Positions 1 through 13,600 of a stretch of 64,000 nucleotides of DNA are shown in pieces. Source of the stretch: Lingula anatina (Eukaryota > Animalia > Brachiopoda); the NCBI GenBank assembly GCA_051362555.1, contig CM120646.1:9052001-9116000 (forward strand), given 5' to 3'. The translations under genes and the position numbers were made by a program. The notes below the pieces were generated by a model. It had not been told where the DNA came from. It did not search any database and saw only the letters and a program-made list of their open reading frames with translations. Each line of letters begins with the position of its first letter. The stretch's first letter is position 1.

Positions 1-1606
1 ATATACCCATTTAAGACATCTCCTTACTACCAATACCAGATGCAGATTCCTCCTTACAATCGGTTTCTGGAATAGGGTTTACCACACCATTTGACAATGT
101 CCTAAAGCTTGCCATATACCATCTATTGTACACATGGATGAGACATAGCATTGCTCTTGCTGTTGTCTTTTGCTGTCTGTTTTTTCTATAGGAATTAGCC
201 CTGACCAGACAGGAAGAATCAGTTCACCAAAAAAGCCATCACGCTGTATGGAAAAGGTTACCTGGAAAAAGAACAATATGTTTGATAAAAGTGAAAATTA
301 AATTCTAAAAATTGACAAATTTCCCACACTAAAATAGATGAACAATAATTTTGATAAACGTAACCTAAACAGTTGACTATGACTAATAAAAAGGATATTT
401 TCAGAACATATAAATTTGAGAAATACTGAAACTGACATTGCAAAGACTGCCAAATGCGGTGCCTTAAAATAGTTAAATGTTAATAATTTTCACAAATCTT
501 GTCTAATATTTGTGAAATTTGGATAGATGATGCATAACAACAATAAAAATCTGTGATAAGCTCATCATTTGACTGTGTCTCATGAAAAACATTTTTCAGA
601 GCAAATATATGTGAGAAAACTGAAAATAAAACTGAAAAGACTGCCAAATTCCATGGTATAAAATAGTTAAACATTAATATTTTTCACAAATCTTCTCCAA
701 TATTTGTGGAATTGGGAGTGATGATGCTTAACAATAATAAAAACCTGTGATTAGCTCATCAGTTTACTGTGTTTCATGAAAAACATTTTTGAGAGCATAT
801 AAAAGTGAGAAAACTGAAAATGACATTGCAAAGACTGCAAAATTCCATGGCTTAAAATAGTTAAATGTTAATAATTTTCACAAATCTTGTCTAATATTTG
901 TGAAATTTGGATAGATGATGCATAACAACAATAAAAATCTGTGATAAGCTCATCAGTTGACTGTGTCTCATGAAAAACATTTTTCAGAGCAAATAAATGT
1001 GAGAAAACTGAAAATAAAACTGAAAAGACTGCCAAATTCCATGGTATAAAATAGTTAAACATTAATATTTTTCACAAATCTTGTCTAATATTTGTGGAAT
1101 TTGGAGAGATGATGCTTAACAATAATAAAAATCTGTGATTAGCTCATCAGTTTACTGTGTTTCATGAAAAACATTTTTGAGAGCATATAAACGTGAGAAA
1201 ACTGAAAATGACATTGCAAAGACTGCAAAATTCCATGGCTTAAAATAGTTAAACGTTAATAATTTTCACAAATCTTCAATAATAAAAATCTGTGATAAGC
1301 TCATCAGTTGACTGTGTCTCATTAAAAAGGTTTTTTTGGACAATAAATTTGAGAAAATTGAAAATGACACTGAGAAGACTGCAAAAGGCAGTGCCTTAAA
1401 ATAGTTAAACGTTAATAATTTTCACAAAACATGTTCAATATTTGTGAAATTTGGAGAGATGATGCTTAACAATATCAAAAATCTGTGATAAGTTTAACAG
1501 TTGACAGTGTGTGATAGAATTGTAGTTGTTTGACATATTGTATGCGAAGAGTGAGAATTATCTAAAATTTTTTTTTTTCAATTTCACAACATCTTATTAG
1601 ACTCAC

Positions 1607-1947
1607 ATTAAACATCAAATATTATGATTTGAGTTTGTTTGTGTAAGAGGTGACAAATTACCCATAATTTTCCTCTGGAAAAGAATATATACCCATTTAA
1701 GACATCTCCTTACTACCAATACCAGATGCAGATTCCTCCTTACAATCGGTTTCTGGAATAGGGTTTAGCACACCATTTGACAATGTCCTAAAGCTTGCCA
1801 TATACCATCTATTGTACACATGGATGAGACATAGCATTGTTCTTGCTGTTGTCTTTTGCTGTCTGTTTTTTCTATAGGAATTAGCCCTGACCAGACAGGA
1901 AGAATCAGTTCACCAAAAAAGCCATCACGCTGTATGGAAAAGGTCAC
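1607..1947 (-). other. Exon-like cassette repeated in every array unit (representative copy); gene fragment of unknown status
   Basis: On the minus strand: acceptor ttgttctttttccag|GTGACC (boundary 1948/1947), a 60-codon frame ending TAA at 1765, a second acceptor-like ttcttttccag|AGG (1675/1674), and donor-like G|gtaatt (1662/1661) and T|gtgagt (1607/1606). It is more GC-rich than the flanking monomers. Confidence 0.5.
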
Positions 1948-2069
1948 CTGGAAAAAGAACAACATGTTTGATAAAAGTGAAAACTAAATTCTAAAGATTG
2001 ACAAATTTCCCACACTAAAATAGTTGAACAATAATTTTGATAAACTTAACCTAAATAGTTGACTATGAC

Positions 2070-3820
2070 TAATAAAAAGGATATTTTCAGAACATATAAA
2101 TTTGAGAAATACTTAAAATGACATTGAAAAGACTGCCAAATGCGGTGCCTTAAAATAGTTAAATGTAAATAATTTTCACAAAACTTGTCCAATATTTGTG
2201 AAATTTGGACAGATGATGCATAACTATAATAAAAATCTATGATAAGCTCATCAGTTGAATATGTCTCATAAAAAATCTTTTTTTAGAGCATAAAAATGTG
2301 AGAAAACTGAAACTGACATTGCAAAGACTGTCAAATGCGGTGCCTTAAAATAGTTAAATGTTAATAATTTTCACAAATCTTGTCCAATATTTTTCAAATT
2401 TGGACAGATGATGCATAACAATAATAAAAGTCTGTGATAAGCTCATCAGTTGAATGTGTCTCATGAAAAGGAATTTTCAGAGCATATAAATGTGAAAAAA
2501 CTGAAACTGACATTGCAAAGACTGCAAAATTCCATGGCTTAAAATAGTTAAACGTTAATAATTTTTACAAATCTTGTCTAATATTTGTGAAATTTGGACA
2601 GATGATGCATAACAATAATAAAAATCTGTGATAAGCTCATCAGTTGACTGTGTCTCATTAAAAAGGGTTTTTTGGACAATAAAATTGAGAAAACTGAAAA
2701 TGACATTGAAAAGACTGTCAAATGCGGTGCCTTAAAATAGTTAAATGTTAATAATTTTCACAAATCTTGTCCAATATTTTTCAAATTTGGTCAGATGATG
2801 CATAACAATAATAAAAGTCTGTGATAAGCTCATCAGTTGAATGTGTCTCATGAAAAAGAATTTTCAGAGCATGTAAATGTGAAAAAACTGAAACTGACAT
2901 TGCAAAGACTGCCAAATGCGGTGCCTTAAAATAGTTAAATGTTAATAATTTTCACAAATCTTGTCTAATATTTGTGAAATTTGGATAGATGATGCATAAC
3001 AACAATAAAAATCTGTGATAAGCTCATCAGTTGACTGTGTCTCATGAAAAACATTTTTCAGAGCAAATAAATGTGAGAAAACTGAAAATAAAACTGAAAA
3101 GACTGCCAAATTCCATGGTATAAAATAGTTAAACATTAATATTTTTCACAAATCTTCTCCAATATTTGTGGAATTGGGAGTGATGATGCTTAACAATAAT
3201 AAAAATCTGTGATTAGCTCATCAGTTTACTGTGTTTCATGAAAAACATTTTTGAGAGCATATAAACGTGAGAAAACTGAAAATGACATTGCAAAGACTGC
3301 AAAATTCCATGGCTTAAAATAGTTAAATGTTAATAATTTTCACAAATCTTGTCTAATATTTGTGAAATTTGGATAGATGATGCATAACAACAATAAAAAT
3401 CTGTGATAAGCTCATCAGTTGACTGTGTCTCATGAAAAACATTTTTCTATTTGGACAATAAATTTGAGAAAACTGAAAATAACACTGAAACGACTGCCAA
3501 ATTCCATGGCTTAAAATAGTTAAACGTTAATAATTTTTACAAATCTTGTCTAATATTTATGAAATTTGGAAAGATGATGCATAACAATAATAAAAATCTG
3601 CGATAAGCTCATCAGTTGAATGTGTCTCATGAAAAAGAATTTTCAGAGCATATAAATGTGAAAAAACTGAAAATGACATTGAAAAGACTGCAAAATTCCA
3701 TGGCTTAGAATAGTTAAACGTTAATAATTTTCACAAAACATGTTCAATATTTGTGAAATTTGGAGAGATGATGCTTAACAATATCAAAAATCTGTGATAA
3801 GTTTAACAGTTGACAGTGTG
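2070..3820. repeat. Representative tract of the 194-bp AT-rich monomer (about 9 copies)
   Basis: The motif aaaatagttaaa(t/c)gttaataattttcacaaatc...tgataagctcatcagttga recurs every 194 bp. Two subtypes (..aaatgcggtgcc.. and ..aaattccatgg..) mostly alternate, giving a 388-bp dimer. Confidence 0.96.
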
Positions 3821-6800
3821 TGATAGAATTGTAGTTGTTTGACATATTGTATGCGAAGAGTGAGAATTATCTACAATATTTTTTTTTCAATTTCACAACA
3901 TCTAATTAGACTCACATTAAACATCAAATATTATGATTTGAGTTTGTTTGTGTAAGAGGTGACAAATTACCCATAATTTTCCTCTGGAAAAGAATATATA
4001 CCCATTTAAGACATCTCCTTACTACCAATACCAGATGCAGATTCCTCCTTTCAATCGGTTTCTGGAATTGAGGTTTAGCACACCATTTGACAATGTCCTA
4101 AAGCTTGCCATATACCATCTATTGCACACATGGATGAGACATAGCATTGCTCTTGCTGTTGTCTTTTGCTGTCTGTTTTTTCTATAGGAATTATCCCTGA
4201 CCAGACAGGAAGAATCAGTTCACCAAAAAAGCCATCACGCTGTATGGAAAAGGTCACCTGGAAAAAGAACAACATGTTTGATAAAAGTGAAAACTAAATT
4301 CTAAAAATTGACAAATTTCACACACTAAAATAGTTGAACAATAATTTTGATAAACATAACCTAAACAGTTGACTATGACTAATAAAAAGGATATTTTCAG
4401 AACATATAAAATTGAGAAATACTTAAAATGACATTGAAAAGACTGTCAAATGCGGTGCCTTAAAATAGTTAAATGTTAATAATTTTCACAAATCTTGTCC
4501 AATATTTTTCAAATTTGGACAGATGATGCATAACAATAATAAAAGTCTGTGATAAGCTCATCAGTTGAATGTGTCTCATGAAAAAGAATTTTCAGAGCAT
4601 ATAAATGTGAAAAAACTGAAACTGACATTGCAAAGACTGCAAAATTCCATGGCTTAAAATAGTTAAACGTTAATAATTTTTACAAATCTTGTCTAATATT
4701 TGTGAAATTTGGACAGATGATGCATAACAATAATAAAAATCTGTGATAAGCTCATCAGTTGACTGTGTCTCATTAAAAAGGGTTTTTTGGACAATAAAAT
4801 TGAGAAAACTGAAAATGACATTGAAAAGACTGTCAAATGCGGTGCCTTAAAATAGTTAAATGTTAATAATTTTCACAAATCTTGTCCAATATTTTTCAAA
4901 TTTGGACAGATGATGCATAACAATAATAAAAGTCTGTGATAAGCTCATCAGTTGAATGTGTCTCATGAAAAAGAATTTTCAGAGCATATAAATGTGAAAA
5001 AACTGAAACTGACATTGCAAAGACTGCAAAATTCCATGGCTTAAAATAGTTAAACGTTAATAATTTTTACAAATCTTGTCTAATATTTGTGAAATTTGGA
5101 CAGATGATGCATAACAATAATAAAAATCTGTGATAAGCTCATCAGTTGACTGTGTCTCATTAAAAAGGTTTTTTTGGACAATAAATTTGAGAAAATTGAA
5201 AATGACACTGAGAAGACTGCAAAAGGCGGTGCCTTAAAATAGTTAAACGTTAATAATTTTCACAAAACATGTTCAATATTTGTGAAATTTGGAGAGATGA
5301 TGTTTAACAATATCAAAAATCTGTGATAAGTTTAACAGTTGACAGTGTGTGATAGAATTGTAGTTGTTTGACATTTTGTATGCGAAGAGTGAGAATTATC
5401 TAAAATTTTTTTTTTTCAATTTCACAACATCTTATTAGACTCACATTAAACATCAAATATCATGATTTGAGTTTGTTTGTGTAAGAGGTGACAAATTACC
5501 CATAATTTTCCTCTGGAAAAGAATATATACCCATTTAAGACATCTCCTTACTACCAATACCAGATGCAGATTCCTCCTTACAATCGGTTTCTGGAATAGG
5601 GTTTAGCACACCATTTGACAATGTCCTAAAGCTTGCCATATACCATCTATTGTACACATGGATGAGACATAGCATTGTTCTTGCTGTTGTCTTTTGCTGT
5701 CTGTTTTTTCTATAGGAATTAGCCCTGACCAGACAGGAAGAATCAGTTCACCAAAAAAGCCATCACGCTGTATGGAAAAGGTCACCTGGAAAAAGAACAA
5801 CATGTTTGATAAAAGTGAAAACTAAATTCTAAAGATTGACAAATTTCCCACACTAAAATAGTTCAACAATAATTTTGATAAACTTAACCTAAATAGTTGA
5901 CTATGACTAATAAAAAGGATATTTTCAGAACATATAAAATTGAGAAATACTTAAAATGACATTGAAAAGACTGTCAAATGCGGTGCCTTAAAATAGTTAA
6001 ATGTTAATAATTTTCACAAATCTTGTCCAATATTTTTCAAATTTGGACAGATGATGCATAACAATAATAAAAGTCTGTGATAAGCTCATCAGTTGACTGT
6101 GTCTCATGAAAAACATTTTTCAGAGCAAATAAATGTGAGAAAACTGAAAATAAAACTGAAAAGACTGCCAAATTCCATGGTATAAAATAGTTAAACATTA
6201 ATATTTTTCACAAATCTTCTCCAATATTTGTGGAATTGGGAGTGATGATGCTTAACAATAATAAAAATCTGTGATTAGCTCATCAGTTTACTGTGTTTCA
6301 TGAAAAACATTTTTGAGAGCATATAAACGTGAGAAAACTGAAAATGACATTGCAAAGACTGCAAAGTTCCATGGCTTAAAATAGTTAAATGTTAATAATT
6401 TTCACAAATCTTGTCTAATATTTGTGAAATTTGGATAGATGATGCATAACAACAATAAAAATCTGTGATAAGCTCATCAGTTGACTGTGTCTCATGAAAA
6501 ACATTTTTCTATTTGGACAATAAATTTGAGAAAACTGAAAATAACACTGAAACGACTGCCAAATTCCATGGCTTAAAATAGTTAAACGTTAATAATTTTT
6601 ACAAATCTTGTCTAATATTTATGAAATTTGGACAGATGATGCAAAACAATAATAAAAATCTGCGATAAGCTCATCAGTTGAATGTGTCTCATGAAAAAGA
6701 ATTTTCAGAGCATATAAATGTGAAAAAACTGAAAATGACATTGAAAAGACTGCAAAATTCCATGGCTTAGAATAGTTAAACGTTAATAATTTTCACAAAA

Positions 6801-7699
6801 CATGTTCAATATTTGTGAAATTTGGAGAGATGATGCTTAACAATATCAAAAATCTGTGATAAGTTTAACAGTTGACAGTGTGTGATAGAATTGTAGTTGT
6901 TTGACATATTGTATGCGAAGAGTGAGAATTATCTACAATATTTTTTTTTCAATTTCACAACATCTAATTAGACTCACATTAAACATCAAATATTATGATT
7001 TGAGTTTGCTTGTGTAAGAGGTGACAAATTACCCATAATTTTCCTCTGGAAAAGAATATATACCCATTTAAGACATCTCCTTACTACCAATACCAGATGC
7101 AGATTCCTCCTTTCAATCGGTTTCTGGAATTGAGGTTTAGCACACCATTTGACAATGTCCTAAAGCTTGCCATATACCATCTATTGCACACATGGATGAG
7201 ACATAGCATTGCTCTTGCTGTTGTCTTTTGCTGTCTGTTTTTTCTATAGGAATTATCCCTGACCAGACAGGAAGAATCAGTTCACCAAAAAAGCCATCAC
7301 GCTGTATGGAAAAGGTCACCTGGAAAAAGAACAACATGTTTGATAAAAGTGAAAACTAAATTCTAAAAATTGACAAATTTCACACACTAAAATAGTTGAA
7401 CAATAATTTTGATAAACATAACCTAAACAGTTGACTATGACTAATAAAAAGGATATTTTCAGAACATATAAAATTGAGAAATACTTAAAATGACATTGAA
7501 AAGACTGTCAAATGCGGTGCCTTAAAATAGTTAAATGTTAATAATTTTCACAAATCTTGTCCAATATTTTTCAAATTTGGACAGATGATGCATAACAATA
7601 ATAAAAGTCTGTGATAAGCTCATCAGTTGAATGTGTCTCATGAAAAAGAATTTTCAGAGCATATAAATGTGAAAAAACTGAAACTGACATTGCAAAGAC

Positions 7700-10600
7700 T
7701 GCAAAATTCCATGGCTTAAAATAGTTAAACGTTAATAATTTTTACAAATCTTGTCTAATATTTGTGAAATTTGGACAGATGATGCATAACAATAATAAAA
7801 ATCTGTGATAAGCTCATCAGTTGACTGTGTCTCATTAAAAAGGGTTTTTTGGACAATAAAATTGAGAAAACTGAAAATGACATTGAAAAGACTGTCAAAT
7901 GCGGTGCCTTAAAATAGTTCAATGTTAATAATTTTCACAAATCTTGTCCAATATTATTTCAAATTTGGACAGATGATGCATAACAATAATAAAAGTCTGT
8001 GATAAGCTCATCAGTTGAATGTGTCTCATGAAAAAGAATTTTCAGAGCATATAAATGTGAAAAAACTGAAACTGACATTGCAAAGACTGCAAAATTCCAT
8101 GGCTTAAAATAGTTAAACGTTAATAATTTTTACAAATCTTGTCTAATATTTGTGAAATTTGGACAGATGATGCATAACAATAATAAAAATCTGTGATAAG
8201 CTCATCAGTTGACTGTGTCTCATTAAAAAGGTTTTTTTGGACAATAAATTTGAGAAAATTGAAAATGACACTGAGAAGACTGCAAAAGGCAGTGCCTTAA
8301 AATAGTTAAACGTTAATAATTTTCACAAAACATGTTCAATATTTGTGAAATTTGGAGAGATGATGCTTAACAATATCAAAAATCTGTGATAAGTTTAACA
8401 GTTGACAGTGTGTGATAGAATTGTAGTTGTTTGACATATTGTATGCGAAGAGTGAGAATTATCTACAATATTTTTTTTTCAATTTCACAACATCTAATTA
8501 GACTCACATTAAACATCAAATATTATGATTTGAGTTTGTTTGTGTAAGAGGTGACAAATTACCCATAATTTTCCTCTGGAAAAGAATATATACCCATTTA
8601 AGACATCTCCTTACTACCAATACCAGATGCAGATTCCTCCTTTCAATCGGTTTCTGGAATTGAGGTTTAGCACACCATTTGACAATGTCCTAAAGCTTGC
8701 CATATACCATCTATTGTACACAAGGATGAGACATAGCATTGCTCTTGCTGTTGTCTTTTGCTGTCTGTTTTTTCTATAGGAATTATCCCTGACCAGACAG
8801 GAAGAATCAGTTCACCAAAAAAGCCATCACGCTGTATGGAAAAGGTCACCTGGAAAAAGAACAACATGTTTGATAAAAGTGAAAACTAAATTCTAAAAAT
8901 TGACAAATTTCACACACTAAAATAGTTGAACAATAATTTTGATAAACTTAACCTAAACAGTTGACTATGACTAATAAAAAGGATATTTTCAGAACATATA
9001 AAATTGAGAAATACTTAAAATGAAATTGAAAAGACTGCCAAATGCGGTGCCTTAAAATAGTTAAATGTTAATAATTTTCACAAATCTTGTCCAATATTTG
9101 TGAAATTTGGACAGATGATGCATAACTATAATAAAAATCTATGATAAGCTCATCAGTTGAATGTGTCTCATGAAAAATCATTTTTTAGAGCATATAAATG
9201 TGAGAAAACTGAAACTGACATTGCAAAGACTGCAAAATTCCATGGCTTAAAATAGTTAAACGTTAATAATTTTCACAAATCTTGTCTAATATTTGTGAAA
9301 TTTGGATAGATGATGCATAACAACAATAAAAATCTGTGATAAGCTCAACAGTTGACTGTCTCATAAAAAATATTTTTTTGGACAATAAAATTGAGAAAAC
9401 TGAAAATGACATTGAAAAGACTGTCAAATGCGGTGCCTTAAAATAGTTAAATGTTAATAATTTTCACAAATCTTGTCCAATATTTTTCAAATTTGGACAG
9501 ATGATGCATAACAATAATAAAAGTCTGTGATAAGCTCATCAGTTGAATGTGTCTCATGAAAAAGAATTTTCAGAGCATATAAATGTGAAAAAACTGAAAC
9601 TGACATTGCAAAGACTGCAAAATTCCATGGCTTAAAATAGTTAAACGTTAATAATTTTTACAAATCTTGTCTAATATTTGTGAAATTTGGACAGATGATG
9701 CATAACAATAATAAAAATCTGTGATAAGCTCATCAGTTGACTGTGTCTCATTAAAAAGGTTTTTTTGGACAATAAATTTGAGAAAATTGAAAATGACACT
9801 GAGAAGACTGCAAAAGGCAGTGCCTTAAAATAGTTAAACGTTAATAATTTTCACAAAACATGTTCAATATTTGTGAAATTTGGAGAGATGATGCTTAACA
9901 ATATCAAAAATCTGTGATAAGTTTAACAGTTGACAGTGTGTGATAGAATTGTAGTTGTTTGACATTTTGTATGCGAAGAGTGAGAATTATCTAAAATTTT
10001 TTTTTTTCAATTTCATAACATCTTATTAGACTCACATTAAACATCAAATATCATGATTTGAGTTTGTTTGTGTAAGAGGTGACAAATTACCCATAATTTT
10101 CCTCTGGAAAAGAATATATACCCATTTAAGACATCTCCTTACTACCAATACCAGATGCAGATTCCTCCTTACAATCGGTTTCTGGAATAGGGTTTAGCAC
10201 ACCATTTGACAATGTCCTAAAGCTTGCCATATACCATCTATTGTACACATGGATGAGACATAGCATTGTTCTTGCTGTTGTCTTTTGCTGTCTGTTTTTT
10301 CTATAGGAATTAGCCCTGACCAGACAGGAAGAATTAGTTCACCAAAAAAGCCATCACGCTGTATGGAAAAGGTCACCTGGAAAAAGAACAACATGTTTGA
10401 TAAAAGTGAAAACTAAATTCTAAAGATTGACAAATTTCCCACACTAAAATAGTTGAACAATAATTTTGATAAACTTAACCTAAATAGTTGACTATGACTA
10501 ATAAAAAGGATATTTTCAGAACATATAAATTTGAAAAATACTTAAAATGACATTGAAAAGACTGCCAAATGCAGTGCCTTAAAATAGTTAAATGTAAATA

Positions 10601-13600
10601 ATTTTCACAAAACTTGTCCAATATTTGTGAAATTTGGACAGATGATGCATAACTATAATAAAAATCTATGATAAGCTCATCAGTTGAATATGTCTCATAA
10701 AAAATCTTTTTTTAGAGCATAAAAATGTGAGAAAACTGAAACTGACATTGCAAAGACTGTCAAATGCGGTGCCTTAAAATAGTTAAATGTTAATAATTTT
10801 CACAAATCTTGTCCAATATTTTTCAAATTTGGACAGATGATGCATAACAATAATAAAAGTCTGTGATAAGCTCATCAGTTGAATGTGTCTCATGAAAAAG
10901 AATTTTCAGAGCATATAAATGTGAAAAAACTGAAACTGACATTGCAAAGACTGCAAAATTCCATGGCTTAAAATAGTTAAACGTTAATAATTTTTACAAA
11001 TCTTGTCTAATATTTGTGAAATTTGGACAGATGATGCATAACAATAATAAAAATCTGTGATAAGCTCATCAGTTGACTGTGTCTCATTAAAAAGGGTTTT
11101 TTGGACAATAAAATTGAGAAAACTGAAAATGACATTGAAAAGACTGTCAAATGCGGTGCCTTAAAATAGTTAAATGTTAATAATTTTCACAAATCTTGTC
11201 TAATATTTGTGAAATTTGGATAGATGATGCATAACAACAATAAAAATCTGTGATAAGCTCATCAGTTGACTGAGTCTCATGAAAAACATTTTTCAGAGCA
11301 AATAAATGTGAGAAAACTGAAAATAAAACTGAAAAGACTGCCAAATTCCATGGTATAAAATAGTTAAACATTAATATTTTTCACAAATCTTCTCCAATAT
11401 TTGTGGAATTGGGAGTGATGATGCTTAACAATAATAAAAATCTGTGATTAGCTCATCAGTTTACTGTGTTTCATGAAAAACATTTTTGAGAGCATATAAA
11501 CGTGAGAAAACTGAAAATGACATTGCAAAGACTGCAAAATTCCATGGCTTAAAATAGTTAAATGTTAATAATTTTCACAAATCTTGTCTAATATTTGTGA
11601 AATTTGGATAGATGATGCATAACAACAATAAAAATCTGTGATAAGCTCATCAGTTGACTGTGTCTCATGAAAAACATTTTTCTATTTGGACAATAAATTT
11701 GAGAAAACTGAAAATAACACTGAAACGACTGCCAAATTCCATGGCTTAAAATAGTTAAACGTTAATAATTTTTACAAATCTTGTCTAATATTTATGAAAT
11801 TTGGACAGATGATGCAAAACAATAATAAAAATCTACGATAAGCTCATCAGTTGAATGTGTCTCATGAAAAAGAATTTTCAGAGCATATAAATGTGAAAAA
11901 ACTGAAAATGACATTGAAAAGACTGCAAAATTCCATGGCTTAGAATAGTTAAACGTTAATAATTTTCACAAAACATGTTCAATATTTGTGAAATTTGGAG
12001 AGATGATGCTTAACAATATCAAAAATCTGTGATAAGTTTAACAGTTGACAGTGTGTGATAGAATTGTAGTTGTTTGACATATTGTATGCGAAGAGTGAGA
12101 ATTATCTACAATATTTTTTTTTCAATTTCACAACATCTAATTAGACTCACATTAAACATCAAATATTATGATTTGAGTTTGTTTGTGTAAGAGGTGACAA
12201 ATTACCCATAATTTTCCTCTGGAAAAGAATATATACCCATTTAAGACATCTCCTTACTACCAATACCAGATGCAGATTCCTCCTTTCAATCGGTTTCTGG
12301 AATTGAGGTTTAGCACACCATTTGACAATGTCCTAAAGCTTGCCATATACCATCTATTGCACACATGGATGAGACATAGCATTGCTCTTGCTGTTGTCTT
12401 TTGCTGTCTGTTTTTTCTATAGGAATTATCCCTGACCAGACAGGAAGAATCAGTTCACCAAAAAAGCCATCACGCTGTATGGAAAAGGTCACCTGGAAAA
12501 AGAACAACGTTTGATAAAAGTGAAAACTAAATTCTAAAAATTGACAAATTTCCCACACTAAAATAGTTGAACAATAATTTTGATAAACTTAACCTAAACA
12601 GTTGACTATGACTAATAAAAAGGATATTTTCAGAACATATAAAATTGAGAAATACTTAAAATGAAATTGAAAAGACTGCCAAATGCGGTGCCTTAAAATA
12701 GTTAAATGTTAATAATTTTCACAAATCTTGTCCAATATTTGTGAAATTTGGACAGATGATGCATAACTATAATAAAAATCTATGATAAGCTCATCAGTTG
12801 AATGTGTCTCATGAAAAATCTTTTTTTAGAGCATATAAATGTGAGAAAACTGAAACTGACATTGCAAAGACTGCAAAATTCCATGGCTTAAAATAGTTAA
12901 ACGTTAATAATTTTCACAAATCTTGTCTAATATTTGTGAAATTTGGATAGATGATGCATAACAACAATAAAAATCTGTGATAAGCTCAACAGTTGACTGT
13001 CTCATAAAAAATATTTTTTTGGACAATAAAATTGAGAAAACTGAAAATGACATTGAAAAGACTGTCAAATGCGGTGCCTTAAAATAGTTAAATGTTAATA
13101 ATTTTCACAAATCTTGTCTAATATTTGTGAAATTTGGATAGATGATGCATAACAACAATAAAAATCTGTGATAAGCTCATCAGTTGACTGTGTCTCATGA
13201 AAAACATTTTTCTATTTGGACAATAAATTTGAGAAAACTGAAAATAACACTGAAACGACTGCCAAATTCCATGGCTTAAAATAGTTAAACGTTAATAATT
13301 TTTACAAATCTTGTCTAATATTTATGAAATTTGGACAAATGATGCAAAACAATAATAAAAATCTACGATAAGCTCATCAGTTGAATGTGTCTCATGAAAA
13401 AGAATTTTCAGAGCATATAAATGTGAAAAAACTGAAAATGACATTGAAAAGACTGCAAAATTCCATGGCTTAGAATAGTTAAACGTTAATAATTTTCACA
13501 AAACATGTTCAATATTTGTGAAATTTGGAGAGATGATGCTTAACAATATCAAAAATCTGTGATAAGTTTAACAGTTGACAGTGTGTGATAGAATTGTAGT

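Noticed and set aside
700-830. Intronic C/D-box snoRNA cluster (GTGATGA in one monomer variant)
   Set aside because: The box C match occurs in only one subtype, on the strand opposite to the splice signals, and has no terminal stem.
880-985. Hammerhead ribozyme in the 194-bp monomer (minus-strand CUGAUGAG ... GAAA)
   Set aside because: The next GAAA is about 70 nt away and is itself inside the dyad. No stem II closes next to the core, and stems I and III are not convincingly formable. An Infernal search with Rfam hammerhead models would settle it.
1765-1965. 66/82-aa ORFs as single-exon genes
   Set aside because: The N-terminal MLFFFQ is the translated polypyrimidine tract/acceptor and varies by indels between copies, so the start codons are not conserved.
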